A stretch of 64,000 nt of DNA, from positions 118,918,001-118,982,000 of the forward strand of contig NC_045696.1 in assembly GCF_009834535.1 (NCBI RefSeq). The letters run 5' to 3'. Shown one piece after another: positions 36,786 through 48,627 of this stretch (position 1 is the first letter of the stretch; every line of letters starts with the position of its first letter). Made by a program: the position numbers and the translations under genes. Under the pieces are notes generated by a model that worked only from the letters and a program-made list of their open reading frames with translations, was not told the origin of the DNA and did no database searches. This DNA comes from Camelus ferus. Lineage: Eukaryota.

Positions 36786-37185
36786 TGTCTTCTTTTGAGT
36801 TTCCCAAGAGGTAGACCCTAAGACAAAACGCTGGGTACTAGTAGCTCCTTGGAGAGGTGATGCCAGGAAGCACTGGTAAGGGAATGGCAAAAAGACAGGC
36901 AAGGGAATGAAGCCATAAAGGATGTGTTAATGCATTTACTGCTGTGGGAACCAGGGGCTCCGTCCTGTGTGACTCCTGCGTGACTCTCTGGGGAACAGTG
37001 TAGAAGGCAACTCTGAGTTGGCTCGCCCAAGAAGAGAGGGAGCAGAGGTATTTATCCACCACCTCCCACGTCTCACTGGTTGAGGGCAGCCCCTGACGAA
37101 GTCAACTGCCAGCATTTCTAGCCTGCTCCACGTGCAGGAAAAGGGAGTGAGGGGTTTGGGGAGGGCACTGACAACACCTGCTACT
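36786..37185 (-). mobile_element. ERVL LTR (LTR33-like)
   Basis: TGTCTTC...GTAGACCCTAAGACAA...GGAGAGGTGATGCCAGGAAGCAC. Confidence 0.65.
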
Positions 37186-37704
37186 GTCTCCCTCTCACTT
37201 AGGTCCTGAGCCCTGTTCGTGTGCTCAGGGACAGAGGAGGTCAGGGCCCTGAGTTCCAGACCACCTGTCTGGTCTTGAGCTTGTGGTGGGCAGTGGGGTC
37301 CTGAAGGCAGGGAGGTTGAGGTCCATCCTGTGTCTTCTTCAGTCTCTTTGATCTACTGAGGCACTAAAGACATCACCCAATTCTTTGTTGCCTTTTTTGA
37401 AGCTTTCTCCTATCTCCTTCCTACCCATACTCATGTTGTACTTAGACTAATTTTTCATCTTAGTGTATGTATTGCTATAATTTTTGCTTTTAATCAAAAT
37501 GTTGTTCATTAAAATCCTTTCACTTTTGCAAGGTTCCCTGTCGTCTGCCTCACTCTTGCACATGTCCTAGAATTGAACAGACCTGGGAGGGTCCGATGGT
37601 GGTAGAAAAACTAAGGCTCGGGAACTAGAAATAACTTACACAAGGTCACCAGGCAACATGAAAACAGAGCTAGGACTCAAATTCAAGTCTCCAGTCTTCT
37701 AGTT

Positions 37705-37904
37705 CAGAGGTTGATGAACTCTGACCCTTGGGCCAATCCAGCCCACTGCCTACCTTCATAAATAAACTTATATTAGGACATTCACTTATGTATTCAGTAT
37801 ATAGTTTCTTTCATGACAAAAGCTGAGTTGAGCAGGGCAACAGAGATGGCTGCACAAAGCCAAAAGGGTTACTATCTGGCCCTTCTCAGAAAATGTTTGC
37901 CCTG
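37705..37904 (+). mobile_element. MER58A hAT-Charlie relic
   Basis: ACAAAGCCAAAAGGGTTACTATCTGGCCCTTCTCAGAAAATGTTTGCCCTG; 8-bp TSD TTCTAGTT/TTCTAGGC. Confidence 0.8.
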
Positions 37905-38019
37905 TTCTAGGCAAGTGTTTCTTCCGCCATCCCCCAGTTTCTAAGTCTCCTTCCCGATATACAGTCACAATACAATCTCTCATGCAGACTGCGCAAGAAC
38001 CCAGAAAATTGTGTCGTGT

Positions 38020-38160
38020 TCCTCGTTTTATAGATGAGAAAATTAGAGCACAGGGAGGTTAAGTGACTTGCCTAAGATCACACAGCTGGTTAAGAGGAGG
38101 AGGCAAGACTCGAGTCCACATCTCCTGACTGTGTGTCTGTGTGCTTTCTCTATTCAGCCA
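38020..38160 (-). mobile_element. MIR SINE
   Basis: TTTATAGATGAGAAAATTAGAGCACAGGGAGGTTAAGTGACTTGCCTAAGATCACACAGCTGG. Confidence 0.85.
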
Positions 38161-41100
38161 GCCTCTGCTCCCTCAGGCTCCAGCAGGCCTGTCCCTAGTT
38201 TAACTCCTAAATACCCATCCATTCAGACAAGAGCCTCCCTCACTAGACACATAGATTTCTGTAGGGTGTCTGTAGAGTAGTCTAGGTGTCTGTCTTCATG
38301 TTTTCCTTGTTGCCTTCAACCCAAACAAGCATAGCTCTGGTGCAAGGTAAGTTATAAGAATCCAGGAACAAGCCATAAATTTTGATAACGTAGGTGTTTT
38401 TCTTTTTTCTTTTTTTTTAATTAACAGCAATCTATTGAGATAGAAATGTAAGCCTTTCAAGTGCAGAGGACTGGGAAGATTTGTAACACACCCAACTAGA
38501 ACTCAGTCTCTCTGGTTAAAGAAATATTCCAGAAGGTTTAGCACACCCAGTTGTGGCCATTCTAAGCAACAGCCGCATGATTCAGATAGCTATCTGATAA
38601 ATATACCAAAGATAAAAAAAAAGAATTATGAAAATTGTACCCATGCTTCATTGGAAGTACGTGTGCAAGTGATTAATATCAAGAATCACTGATTCGCTCA
38701 AAAAATTTTGTTGTCCCGTCACAATTCATCTGTAGCCAGTTTGAACCATTTAACCATTTAAATAATAAATTCAAAGTATCCTGGGATGAATGATGAGATA
38801 CTGGACTTTATACACTTTGGGGTTAAAACTGGCAAACTAAACTATCACACCAGGCACAGCTCACCGTGTGACCCTGACAGCCCTCAAACTGGTCCACGCC
38901 CCTTTCAGTGAGACAAGTCTGCTGCTGCTTCCATCCTGCCTCGGCTCCCTGGGCTCAGGTGTGTCCTTCGTTCCATTCCTAAGTTACCCACCCACTCAGC
39001 CAAGAGCCTCACGGCTGTCCCTGTGGCAGAAGTAACCTTAGGTGTATGTCTCTCTCCCAAGTTGTCTTGTTGCCTCCACCCAGACAAAAAGTTAGCGCTG
39101 CTACGCGATAAACTACAAGAATCCAGGACCACACTTGGATGTTGCAGCAACATCAAATTCCTACCATCCTTTCTAAATGCTCTCTCTAAATCTCTGTGTT
39201 TCTCCCATGGCAGACCAGGAAGCAACAGTCCGCAGACCAGCACTGATCCTCTGGCATTCACAGGGACCCCCTACTTTATTTTGCAAGGTGTGCTGCTTTT
39301 CCTTTGGGTGCTCCGTGCTGTGTTCCTCTGCCGTCCTCTCAGTCCTGGCCCTGATTCCTTCCTTATTTCTAGGAGTGCTGCTTTCATCAGAGTATTGTTA
39401 AGGAGGTTTGGATTCCCTTGATAAGCTCTGCCTACCAGAAATACCGGCTCCCTAACTTTATCTACCCACCTCCCAGAACGGCAGCACCGTCCCGGACTTC
39501 TATTCTGAGCACTCCGCCTACATTTGGGTGGCATCTGCCACTTCGCCGAGGCATGGGGAGGGACTGCTGAACTTCTGTGTGAAAGGAAGCATCACTTCCT
39601 CATTGGCATCCAAGCCGAAAATAGATTTCCCCACTGGGCAGACACGCTGTGGCCATGACGCTACCTGCATCCTGCCATTGCCCTGGAAACTCCTCCTCCC
39701 CTCCCTCTCCTCTGCCCCAGCTGAAGCCCCTTTGATTGACTGCCCTCCTCCTCCATCATACCAGACTGAATATTAAGTAGCCTGAACATTTATTGATTGA
39801 CAGTTACCTTGCCTGAATCCCCATCAATTCAAACCTCCCTGAGAACAACTAAAATTAGGCCCACAGGCATCCTCTTCACTACAAGAGATAGGTGCATATT
39901 TTAAACTACGCCAGCTCCATCTGAAGTGTTAATTGCTGATATACACTGTGAAGTAGCATTTTAAAAACGGGTGAAACTTTAGCCTTTTACTCTTGGTGAG
40001 TGTTTAGACTTTGATGACTAAATTTCTCTAGAAGATGAATTATTTCAGGAACAGTTTGGGGATAGAACTGGCTTCTGTTCAAATTAAAGTTTGTCACCAC
40101 CATACATTTTGCTTCCACGCCCTTTCACATCCTACTTTTAGCTCCTCGGTTTGTTAATTCTTCCCTATTTCAAAGGCGAGAGGTGCCAACACTGACGAAG
40201 GCAGAGAGGCACCGGGACAGGGGGGAGGAAAGGAGCCTTTGACCTTGGGGGAAATACACAACAGGTAAGAGTTCTTTTAAATGCTTAGGAAGGAAAATGT
40301 CCATTTTTAGTTCCAGGAAATTAAAGAAAAAGATTAAAAATACAAACTTTAAAAAACAAAAGACATGTCTTATGAAATTAAAATCTTGGGCAAATGCCAA
40401 AAACATACTGTAGCTTGAGAACTTGGGACACACGGAAACATTCTGTTTCTTCAGCCTACTGATGTCCCAGATCTCAGGACAGCCAGGACTCACAGCTTTC
40501 ACAACTGCTTACATCATGACATGCTGTTAAGATTCTGGGCCATCACCAGATTTCAGGGTTTTCCAAAGATCGGCTTCCTTCTTCCTGGCCTCCCTCCTTC
40601 ATGTTGATTCTAGCAGTGGATATTTAAAGATCAGGATGAGAAGAAATAATGCCATTTTCCTCCGCTGTTTTAAAATAAGAATTGTTGAACTCAGACGTGA
40701 CTGTCCCTTATAGCCCCAATATGTGACTGACACTTTTTTTTAAAGTTATTTTTGCTTTCAAAACAAGGGTGACAATTCCTGCATAAAATACTTCCTCCAT
40801 CAGCTGGGAAACACGACCACTAGAAGTTTTCGGCACACTACTTTTGGGAGAAAGGGGTGATGGAGAAGAAGACAGGCTAAGGTCGAGCACACTCGTTTAA
40901 AGCAACTTTCCAAGCTGTGTCCCACAGTCAGGCAAATCCCATGCAATTTCTTTCTCATTCTGCATCTGGTTTTGTTCAGTGCTGATCAATGGTTATGGTG
41001 TTGACCCTCAGGCATTAAGACCCTGACCAACAAAGGAAGAATAAACACTGTTTGATGTAGTGTCCTTACTAAAGCAAGAAATTCGACCAGAACATTTCAG

Positions 41101-41224
41101 AACGATTTTCAGCATTACAACCTTCATTGTAATCAACTGATTAAAGAAACTAGAATCCAGATTCCTCAATGCATGTGTAAACTATTATATCATCTGTAAA
41201 ACGAGAAGGTTGCATTAGAGTTTA

Positions 41225-41690
41225 TCGATTTATTTAGCAAAGACTTACTAAGGGCCTAATCTGTGCCAAATGCTCTTAGGTGCTGGAAATATAGCCATGA
41301 ACAAAACAAAGTCCCTGCACCCAGAAGAATTACAGGTTGGTAGGAGAGTTAGACATAAAGCAAATAATTACATAAATAATTTATAATTACAACTGTGGTA
41401 GGTGCTACAAAGAGCTAGTGTAAGGTATTAATGGAAAAGTATCATAGGAGCAAAGAAACCTAATCTAGGATTCTTAAATCCCAGAGAGAAGAGCATGTGC
41501 AAAGGTGCTGGGGTGGGGTGGAACCCACTCTATCAGAGAAAATGAAGGTAGGAAAGCAGAGCGAAGCAGTATAAATAAGTGACCAGGGATGAGGCCAGAG
41601 AACAAGCAGTGACAAGATAGGAAACGGCCTGGTGGGTCAGAATGATGAGACCATACTTTATCCAAATAGCAATGGGAAACTGCGGCTAAG
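41225..41690 (-). mobile_element. L2 LINE fragment
   Basis: TGTGCCAAATGCTCTTAGGTGCTGGAAATATAGCCATGAACAAAACAAAGTCCCTGC. Confidence 0.7.
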
Positions 41691-41699
41691 AGACAGACT

Positions 41700-42150
41700 T
41701 GTCCCCCAGTATCTGTTCCAGCCCCCTTCATTTAGCAGTAGAGCCCCAGGATCCAGCCAGGCACACAGCTGCCCAAAAAAGACATTTCCCAGGCTCCCAT
41801 GTGACTAAATTCTGGCCAATGAGGTGTAAGCAGAAGTGGTAGACGCAACTTTCAGGAAGTGTCTTTAAAGAGGAGGGTGTGTTCTTCCCTCTTCTCTCAG
41901 GTAGGAATGCTGATGTGATGGCAGGAGTTGGCAGCCACCTGGGACCACGAAGGTGGAAGCCACACACTAAGGATATCAATGCCACAAGGTGAAAGAAGCC
42001 TGGGTGCCTGTCACCTGAGGGGACACACTGGTCATGGATAGATACCTCTGGGCTTCTACTATGTGAGAGAAAAATACACCGAAAAACACACCTATTCAAG
42101 CCACTCTGATTTTAGATTTCCTATAGATTTCCTGTATCAACTGACACAGA
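41700..42150 (+). mobile_element. MaLR (MLT1J-like) LTR
   Basis: CATGTGACTAAATTCTGGCCAATGAGGTGTAAGCAGAAGTG. Confidence 0.75.
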
Positions 42151-42171
42151 ACTCATTTCTTAAAAATAGAG

Positions 42172-42946
42172 GGTTTTTTTTTAATTGAAGTATAGTCAGT
42201 TTACAATGTTGTGTTAATTTCTGGTGTACAGTATAGTGATTCATTTATATATGAATTCATACATATATGAATATATATATATTCTTTTTCAGATTCTTTT
42301 TCATCATAGGCTATTACAACGTACTGAATAGAGTTCCCTGTGCCATACAGCAGGACCTTGTTGTTTATCTATTTTGTATATAGTAGTTTATATTTGCTAA
42401 GTTGAACTCCTAATTTATCCCTCCCCTCACTTCCCCCTTGGTAACCATAAGTTTATTTTCTATGTCTGTAAGTCTGTCTCTGTTTTATAAATAAGTTCAT
42501 TTGTGCCACTATTTTTTAGATTTCAGATGTAAGTGATATTATATAGTATTTTTCTTTGTCTTTCTGGCTCACTTCACTTAGAATGACAATCTCCAGGTCC
42601 ATCCATGTTGCTGCAAATGGCATTATTTCATTCTTTTCATGGCTGAGTAGTATTCCATTGTATAAATATACTACAACTTCTTTATCCAGTCATCTGTGGA
42701 TGGACATTTAGGTTGCTTCCATGTCTTGACTATTGTAAATAGCACTGCTATGAATATTGGGGTGCAGGTGTCTTTTTGAATTAGACTTTCCTCCAGATAT
42801 ACATCCAGGCGTGGGACTGATGAATCGTAGGTTAAGTCTATTTTCAGTTTTTAAAATCTCCATACTGTTTTCCATAGAGGCTACACAAAACTACATCCCC
42901 ACCAGCAGTGTAGGAGAGTTCCCTTTTCTCCACACCCTCTCCAGCA
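42172..42946 (-). mobile_element. Young L1 3' portion
   Basis: Poly-T, AATTGAAGTATAGTCAGTTTACAATG...; TSD TTAAAAATAGAG at 42160-42171 and 42947-42958. Confidence 0.95.
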
Positions 42947-43485
42947 TTAAAAATAGAGTTTAAAGAAAGGTATCTCTTTCATGGTGGAATTATGATCTCT
43001 TAAGCTCACAAATTTATATGACTTTTATGATGTACCTGAGTATTTACTATAAGAAACAAAACTGTAACAAAACTTTTGTTTGCTTAGTCATTCACTGTTT
43101 TATTCATTCACTTAATCATTTGGCACCTGCTACGTACAAAGTACTTGTCTTAGATGTTGTAGAGGACAAGATCACAAATAATAGGTGCCTACCCTAAAGA
43201 GATTTATGATTTGGAAATACAGGGGTGGTCACTAGTAAGATACAGATGACCACAAAAGACAGTTAAGGAAAATTTGATGTTAAGAACATGGACAATTCAT
43301 AGAGATAATAAAACTATCACACACTGGGTGTAAGAACACTTATAAACCTCTCCCATAGCCTAAGCGCGTATGATGCCTCCATTCCAATTCAGAAACTATC
43401 TAAACCGATACTCTAAGACACAAAGTTTCAGAACAGCAGGAAACTTGAGAGAAAGCCAGTATTTGTCCAATTCAAGAATTAATAG

Positions 43486-43588
43486 AGGAAAACAAATGTA
43501 TGTGTGTTTATGTATGACGGGGACACGACGCTGCATGCCAGAGATTGACACATTGTAACTGATTGTACGTCAATAAAAAAATAATAAT
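43486..43588 (+). mobile_element. Very short L1 3' tip (~100 bp)
   Basis: TGTATGACGGGGACA...CCAGAGATTGACACATTGTAACTGATTG...CAATAAAAAA; AATTAAT on both flanks. Confidence 0.8.
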
Positions 43589-43786
43589 AATTAATGGGAT
43601 TCTGCTGACCTCAGCAGACCACTCAAGCAAAGTAAACAGGCAAGGACCATTTCCTCCTTTGAAACCAGGGATTAACAAAGAGAAGTCAGCCTGACCCTGG
43701 GCTTCAAACACCTGTGGATAAAATCTGTTTGATCACTGTCATTGCCAAAGCTAGTCTCCAGCCATGGGTTTATTGTGGTTGCTGAG

Positions 43787-44627
43787 ACCTTTCACACTAG
43801 TCAGAATGGCCATCATTCAAAAGTCCACAAACGATAAATGCTGGAGAGTGTGTGGAGAAAAGGGAACTCTCCTACACTGCTGGTGGGAATGTAGTTTGGT
43901 GCAGCCACTGTGGAAAACAGTATGGAGATTCCTCAAAAAAATAAAAATAGACTTACCATATGACCCAGCAATCCCACTCCTGGGCATATATCCAGAGGGA
44001 ACCTTAATTCAAAAAGATACATGTACCCCATTGTTCATAGCAGCACCATTTACAATAGCCAAGATATGGAAACAACCTAAATGTCCATGGACAGATGACT
44101 GGATAAAGAAGCTGTGGTCTATTTATACAATGTAATACTACTCAGTCATAAAAAAGAATAAAATAATGCCATTTGCAGCAATATGGATGGACCTGGAGAT
44201 TGTCATTCTGTGTGAAGTAACCCACAAAGAGAAAGAAAAATACCATATGATATCACTCATATGTGGAATCTGAAAAAAAAAAAAGACAAATGAACTTATT
44301 TACAAAACAGAAACAGTCTCACAGACATAGAAAACAAACTTACGGTTCTCGTGGGGGAAGAGGGTGGGAAGGGATAAATTGAGACTTCAAGATTTGCAGA
44401 TACTAACTACTACATATAAAATAGATAAACAACAAGGTCCTACTCTATAGCACAGAGAACTATATTCAATACCTTGTAGTAACCGATAATGAAAAAGAAT
44501 ATGAAAACGAATATATGCGTGTTCATGTATGACTGAAGCACTGTGCTATACACCAGAAATTGACACAACATTGTAAAATGTGTGTAACTGACTACACTTC
44601 AATAAAAATATATAGAGAGAAAAAAAA
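43787..44627 (+). mobile_element. Young L1 3' portion
   Basis: ORF 43764-44135 contains L1 ORF2 C-terminal motifs [20 protein letters not shown]...[14 protein letters not shown]. Confidence 0.95.
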
Positions 44628-44819
44628 GAGTTTATGCTGCAGATTGGTAGGACAGAAACCCCACCCTGTGTTTGGAAGTAGAGGTGAAGAGCCATATGCC
44701 GCAGCAAGCAGTCCTCTTGGAACACTTGGGAGCACACACTGGAGGAGGAGGAGGGGCATGGAGGACAGCGTGCTGCAGCGTCCTGGGTGAGCAGGCAGCA
44801 GAGGGGAGGGAGGGACTGT

Positions 44820-45040
44820 TTCTGAGCACCTTGGTGCCAGGAGTTGTGTAAAGCACATTCTTAAGCTTGTTTCATGTGTATAGCATCTCCGTGAGACATG
44901 AACAATATCTCCTCTTACAGGTAAGGAAACGGAGGCTGAAGACGATGGATATGATTTACCCAGGACATGTAACCAGGGCACACCCAGACTGCAACCCAGA
45001 TGTGTCCGGTCCGTTGAGTCAGCCTCCATGCAGCTCGGAG
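44820..45040 (-). mobile_element. MIR SINE
   Basis: CTCTTACAGGTAAGGAAACGGAGGCT core. Confidence 0.65.
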
Positions 45041-45739
45041 GGAGACGGTGCCTTCAGCGGCCCATTGTAAGTGACAGGTTTTATTAGCAGATGGCCTCCA
45101 AGGGCATTTTCCTTGTACCAAGCTATAGTTCTCCACCTAACACCCAGCAAGCCCGTTTCTGAGCCTTGGGGGTGGTCAGTGCCTGGAATAGCATCTTCCC
45201 TTTGCACTAAATTGATCAATTGAGCATAAAAACCAGCTGTCTCTATAGCTATTCATCATCTTAAGGCTTGAAAACATCCTAAGATTCATGGAGACTGGCA
45301 CTCTACCTTTTATGAGGGAAAAAATGAGAACAATCTGACAATATCAACTTTTAACAATTTGGATTCCATAATTCTATCTGACGCTGGGTTCCTTCCCTCT
45401 CACGTAAAAGCCTGGAGGTAGGCATTCAAGCTAGCATGGCAGCCGTGGTCCACGAAGTCCTCCGGCACAGGGGATTCTCCCAGGCCGGGTCCTGTCACCC
45501 TGATGATGCGGCCTTGTTGTCATGGTCCAAGACAGGGGCTGGAGCTCCAGACACAACATCTGCATAAGTCACATCGTTATTTGTAAGCCTACTCAACTGC
45601 CAAGGGTTGGAACTGGCATGCTGAAATACATGCCCTTATACACTGCTTTGGTGGGGGCGCAGGCTGTTGTGCGTTGGTAGAAGCTTTCTGGGGAAAAACG
45701 TGATAATCTGTATTGTGAATCATAAGTATACATCATGTT

Positions 45740-46105
45740 TCACCCAGTATTTCCATGTCTAGGGGGATATTGATCTCTCTCTCCCCCTGAATCGGGGCTG
45801 GCCCTGTGATTTACTGTGACTAACAGAAAGAAGCAGACGTGATGCACGGGACGTCCAAACTTCGGCCTTAAGAGGCTCACCTGGTGGTTGCCGTTTCTCC
45901 CTCTTGGGAACCAGCCTCTATTCTGTAAAGAAGCTTGGGTTTTACTCTGGAACAATAAAAGGCCACATGGAGAGAGGCCCTGGAGGAGGAGAGACTGTCT
46001 TTGACGATGCAGCCGCAGCCATGCGGGCAGCCGAATGCAGCCACGTGTGTGACTGTTGCCTTCAGCCACTAAGTTTGGGGTGGTTTGTAATGAAGCAACA
46101 GAACT
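45740..46105 (+). mobile_element. MaLR (MLT1-type) LTR
   Basis: CCCCTGAATCGGGGCTGGCCCTGTGATTTACT...GCCACTAAGTTTGGGGTGGTTTGTAATGAAGCAA. Confidence 0.8.
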
Positions 46106-48627
46106 GAAGCAAAATCCTAAAGAAATAATGAGAGAGATCAACACATATGTATGTACAAGGATGTTCATGGAAGTAATAATAAAATATTCAAGTTAATCTA
46201 AATGCCTATGTTGGACTTCTGTTTTTTCTTTGGCCACTCAGAATTCATTCCTCCTTTTATTTCATAAAAGAATAACATGGAATTTCCTTTATGAAAACCT
46301 TCCTTCTTATTTTCAGGCAATGTGGTTCCAGTGAGGTTTTCGCACACAGCAGGAGTGGACCGGGCACCAGATCCCCCAGGGACCGGCTGAGGGGTGGACG
46401 ATGACTCACACAACGTGATCACCATCAGAGTGAGCCCCAGACTTGTGCAGGAGCTACAGCTACAGGAAAGAACTCTTTCTTCTGAGACTGTTGCCACTCT
46501 AGAATGAAGACAAGCATTCCTAGGAGGCTGGGAATTAAATGAGCACTCCACAAGGCAGAGCGGAAGGAGGAAGAGAACCAGTTCTAGGTGGCACTTTTGA
46601 ACCCCTAGATCAAGCTATACACTAGCTTGCAATGAGCCAACAAAAGTTTGTTTGTTTGTTTTTGGCTTAACCCAGTCAAGTTTTCTGTCTCTTGCAACAA
46701 AGATGCCTAACCAAATACAAGGCCTGTCTTAGGGAAAGTTTGTTTGCAAAGAAATAGACATTCACTCAAATTAATTCCAGAAAAGAGAGGAAGTGAAGGA
46801 AGGGGAGAATTTTAAGGATGTTGGCAGAACGAGGTACTGAACCACAAATCTCTCCATTTCTCACAGTCTCTACTTTAAATGTGTCCACATCATTTCTTTC
46901 TGTTTTTATAGCCTGCTTTTTCTGTCCCCTTCATCCAGACTTCATCATAATAACCTCAATCACCAGCATTTATATTACCGTTAAACTCATTTCCACACAT
47001 TTGACTGGGATACTTTTAGTATCCCCCAATGTTAAATTCCCAAAGGAAAGCTCTCTGGCTGAGTGTCTACCTGTGGTCCAATCAGCCATGCCCAAAGGCA
47101 ATGATTTTGAGATCTCTAGGGGTTGCTTTTTCTGTGGCTGTGAGCCGGATAGGTTCTCTAAAGAAAGATGTGGGCGAGGCATAAATTATATGCATGTCGA
47201 GAACACCACAGGTGAGGAAGGAATGGGTAACCAAAGAGTAATAGACTACGGAATATTAAACAACCACCGAAACCATGTTTTTAAAAAGTGCTTGATACCC
47301 TTCAACAATGGGGGCGACTGGATTTCCACAAGCAAAAAAATGGAGTTGGATCCTTACCTCATACCACACACAAAAATTAACTCAAAATGGATAAAAGAGC
47401 TAAATGCAAGTCCTTAAAATTATAAAACCCTTAGAAGGAAACATAGGCATACATGTCTGTGACCTTGGATTTGGCAGTGGTTTCTTAGATATGACACCAA
47501 AGGCATAAAGAACAAAGGAAAAAAATAGACAAATTGGATTTCACAAAAATTTAAAAACTTTTGTGCATCAAAGGACACTATCAAGAGAGTAAAAAGACAA
47601 GACATAGAATGGGAGAAAATAGTTACAAATTATATATCTGATAATGATTTAATGTCCATAATAGATAAAGAACTTCTATAACTCACCAACAAAAAGAAAA
47701 ACAACCCAATGAAGAAATGGCAAAGGACTTGAATAAACATTTCTCTAAAGAAGACACACAGATGGCCAACAAGTACATGAAGAGATGCTCAACATCATTA
47801 GTCATTAAGGAAATGCAAGTCAAAACTGTAATGAGATATCACTTCATCTCCTTAAAACTCTTAGACTAAAACATAGGTGTAAATATTCATGGCCTTGTGT
47901 TAAGCAGTAGCTTCTTAGATATGAAACCAAAAGCACAAGTGACAAGAGGAAAAACAAAGTACACTAACAAGAAAGTGAAAAGAAAACACACAAAAAAAGG
48001 GACAATGTTACACCTGAATACAGGATATATAAAGAACTCTAACAACTGAACATTAAAGAGACAAATAGCCCAATTTTTAAATGGGCAAAGGATTTGGATA
48101 AACATTTCTCCAAAGAAGACATAAAAATGGCAAGTAAGTTCATGAAAAGATGTTCAACATCACTAATCATAAAGGAAATGCAAATAAAAACCATACTGAA
48201 ATACCCTTATGGCCCCATGAGGATGGCTAAAATTTTAAAAGACAGACAATAACAAGTGTTGACAAAGATGAGGAGAAACTGTGTCCCTGATACGGTGCTG
48301 GTGGGAATGTAAAATAGTACAGCTGCTTTTGAGGAACTTTTTGGCAGTTCCTCAAAAAGTTAAACACTGAGTCACCACATGACCCAGAAATTCCACTGCA
48401 AGGTATATACCCAAGAGAACTGAAAACATGTCTACTCAAAAACTTGTCCACAAATGTTTGTAGCAGCATTATTTATAATTTCCAAAAACAGAATGAATCC
48501 AAATGGTCATCAATTGATGGATTGAAAAAATGTGGTACATCCATACAATTGAATATTACTCAGCAATAGAAAATAATGAAGTCCTGATACATGCTACCAC
48601 ATGGGTGAACCTTGAAAATACTCTAAG

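Noticed and set aside
42244..42285. AT-rich quasi-palindrome
   Set aside because: It is the variable (TA)-rich microsatellite normal to this L1 3' UTR.
43764..44135. ORFs with clear protein-like motifs (also 29252, 48901, 49321, 60827)
   Set aside because: All are broken C-terminal fragments of L1 ORF2 in 5'-truncated elements, not host genes.
46818..47417. Longest ORF (199 aa)
   Set aside because: It runs through old LTR-like sequence into L1 ORF2 ([21 protein letters not shown]) and has no coherent domain, so it is a chance read-through.
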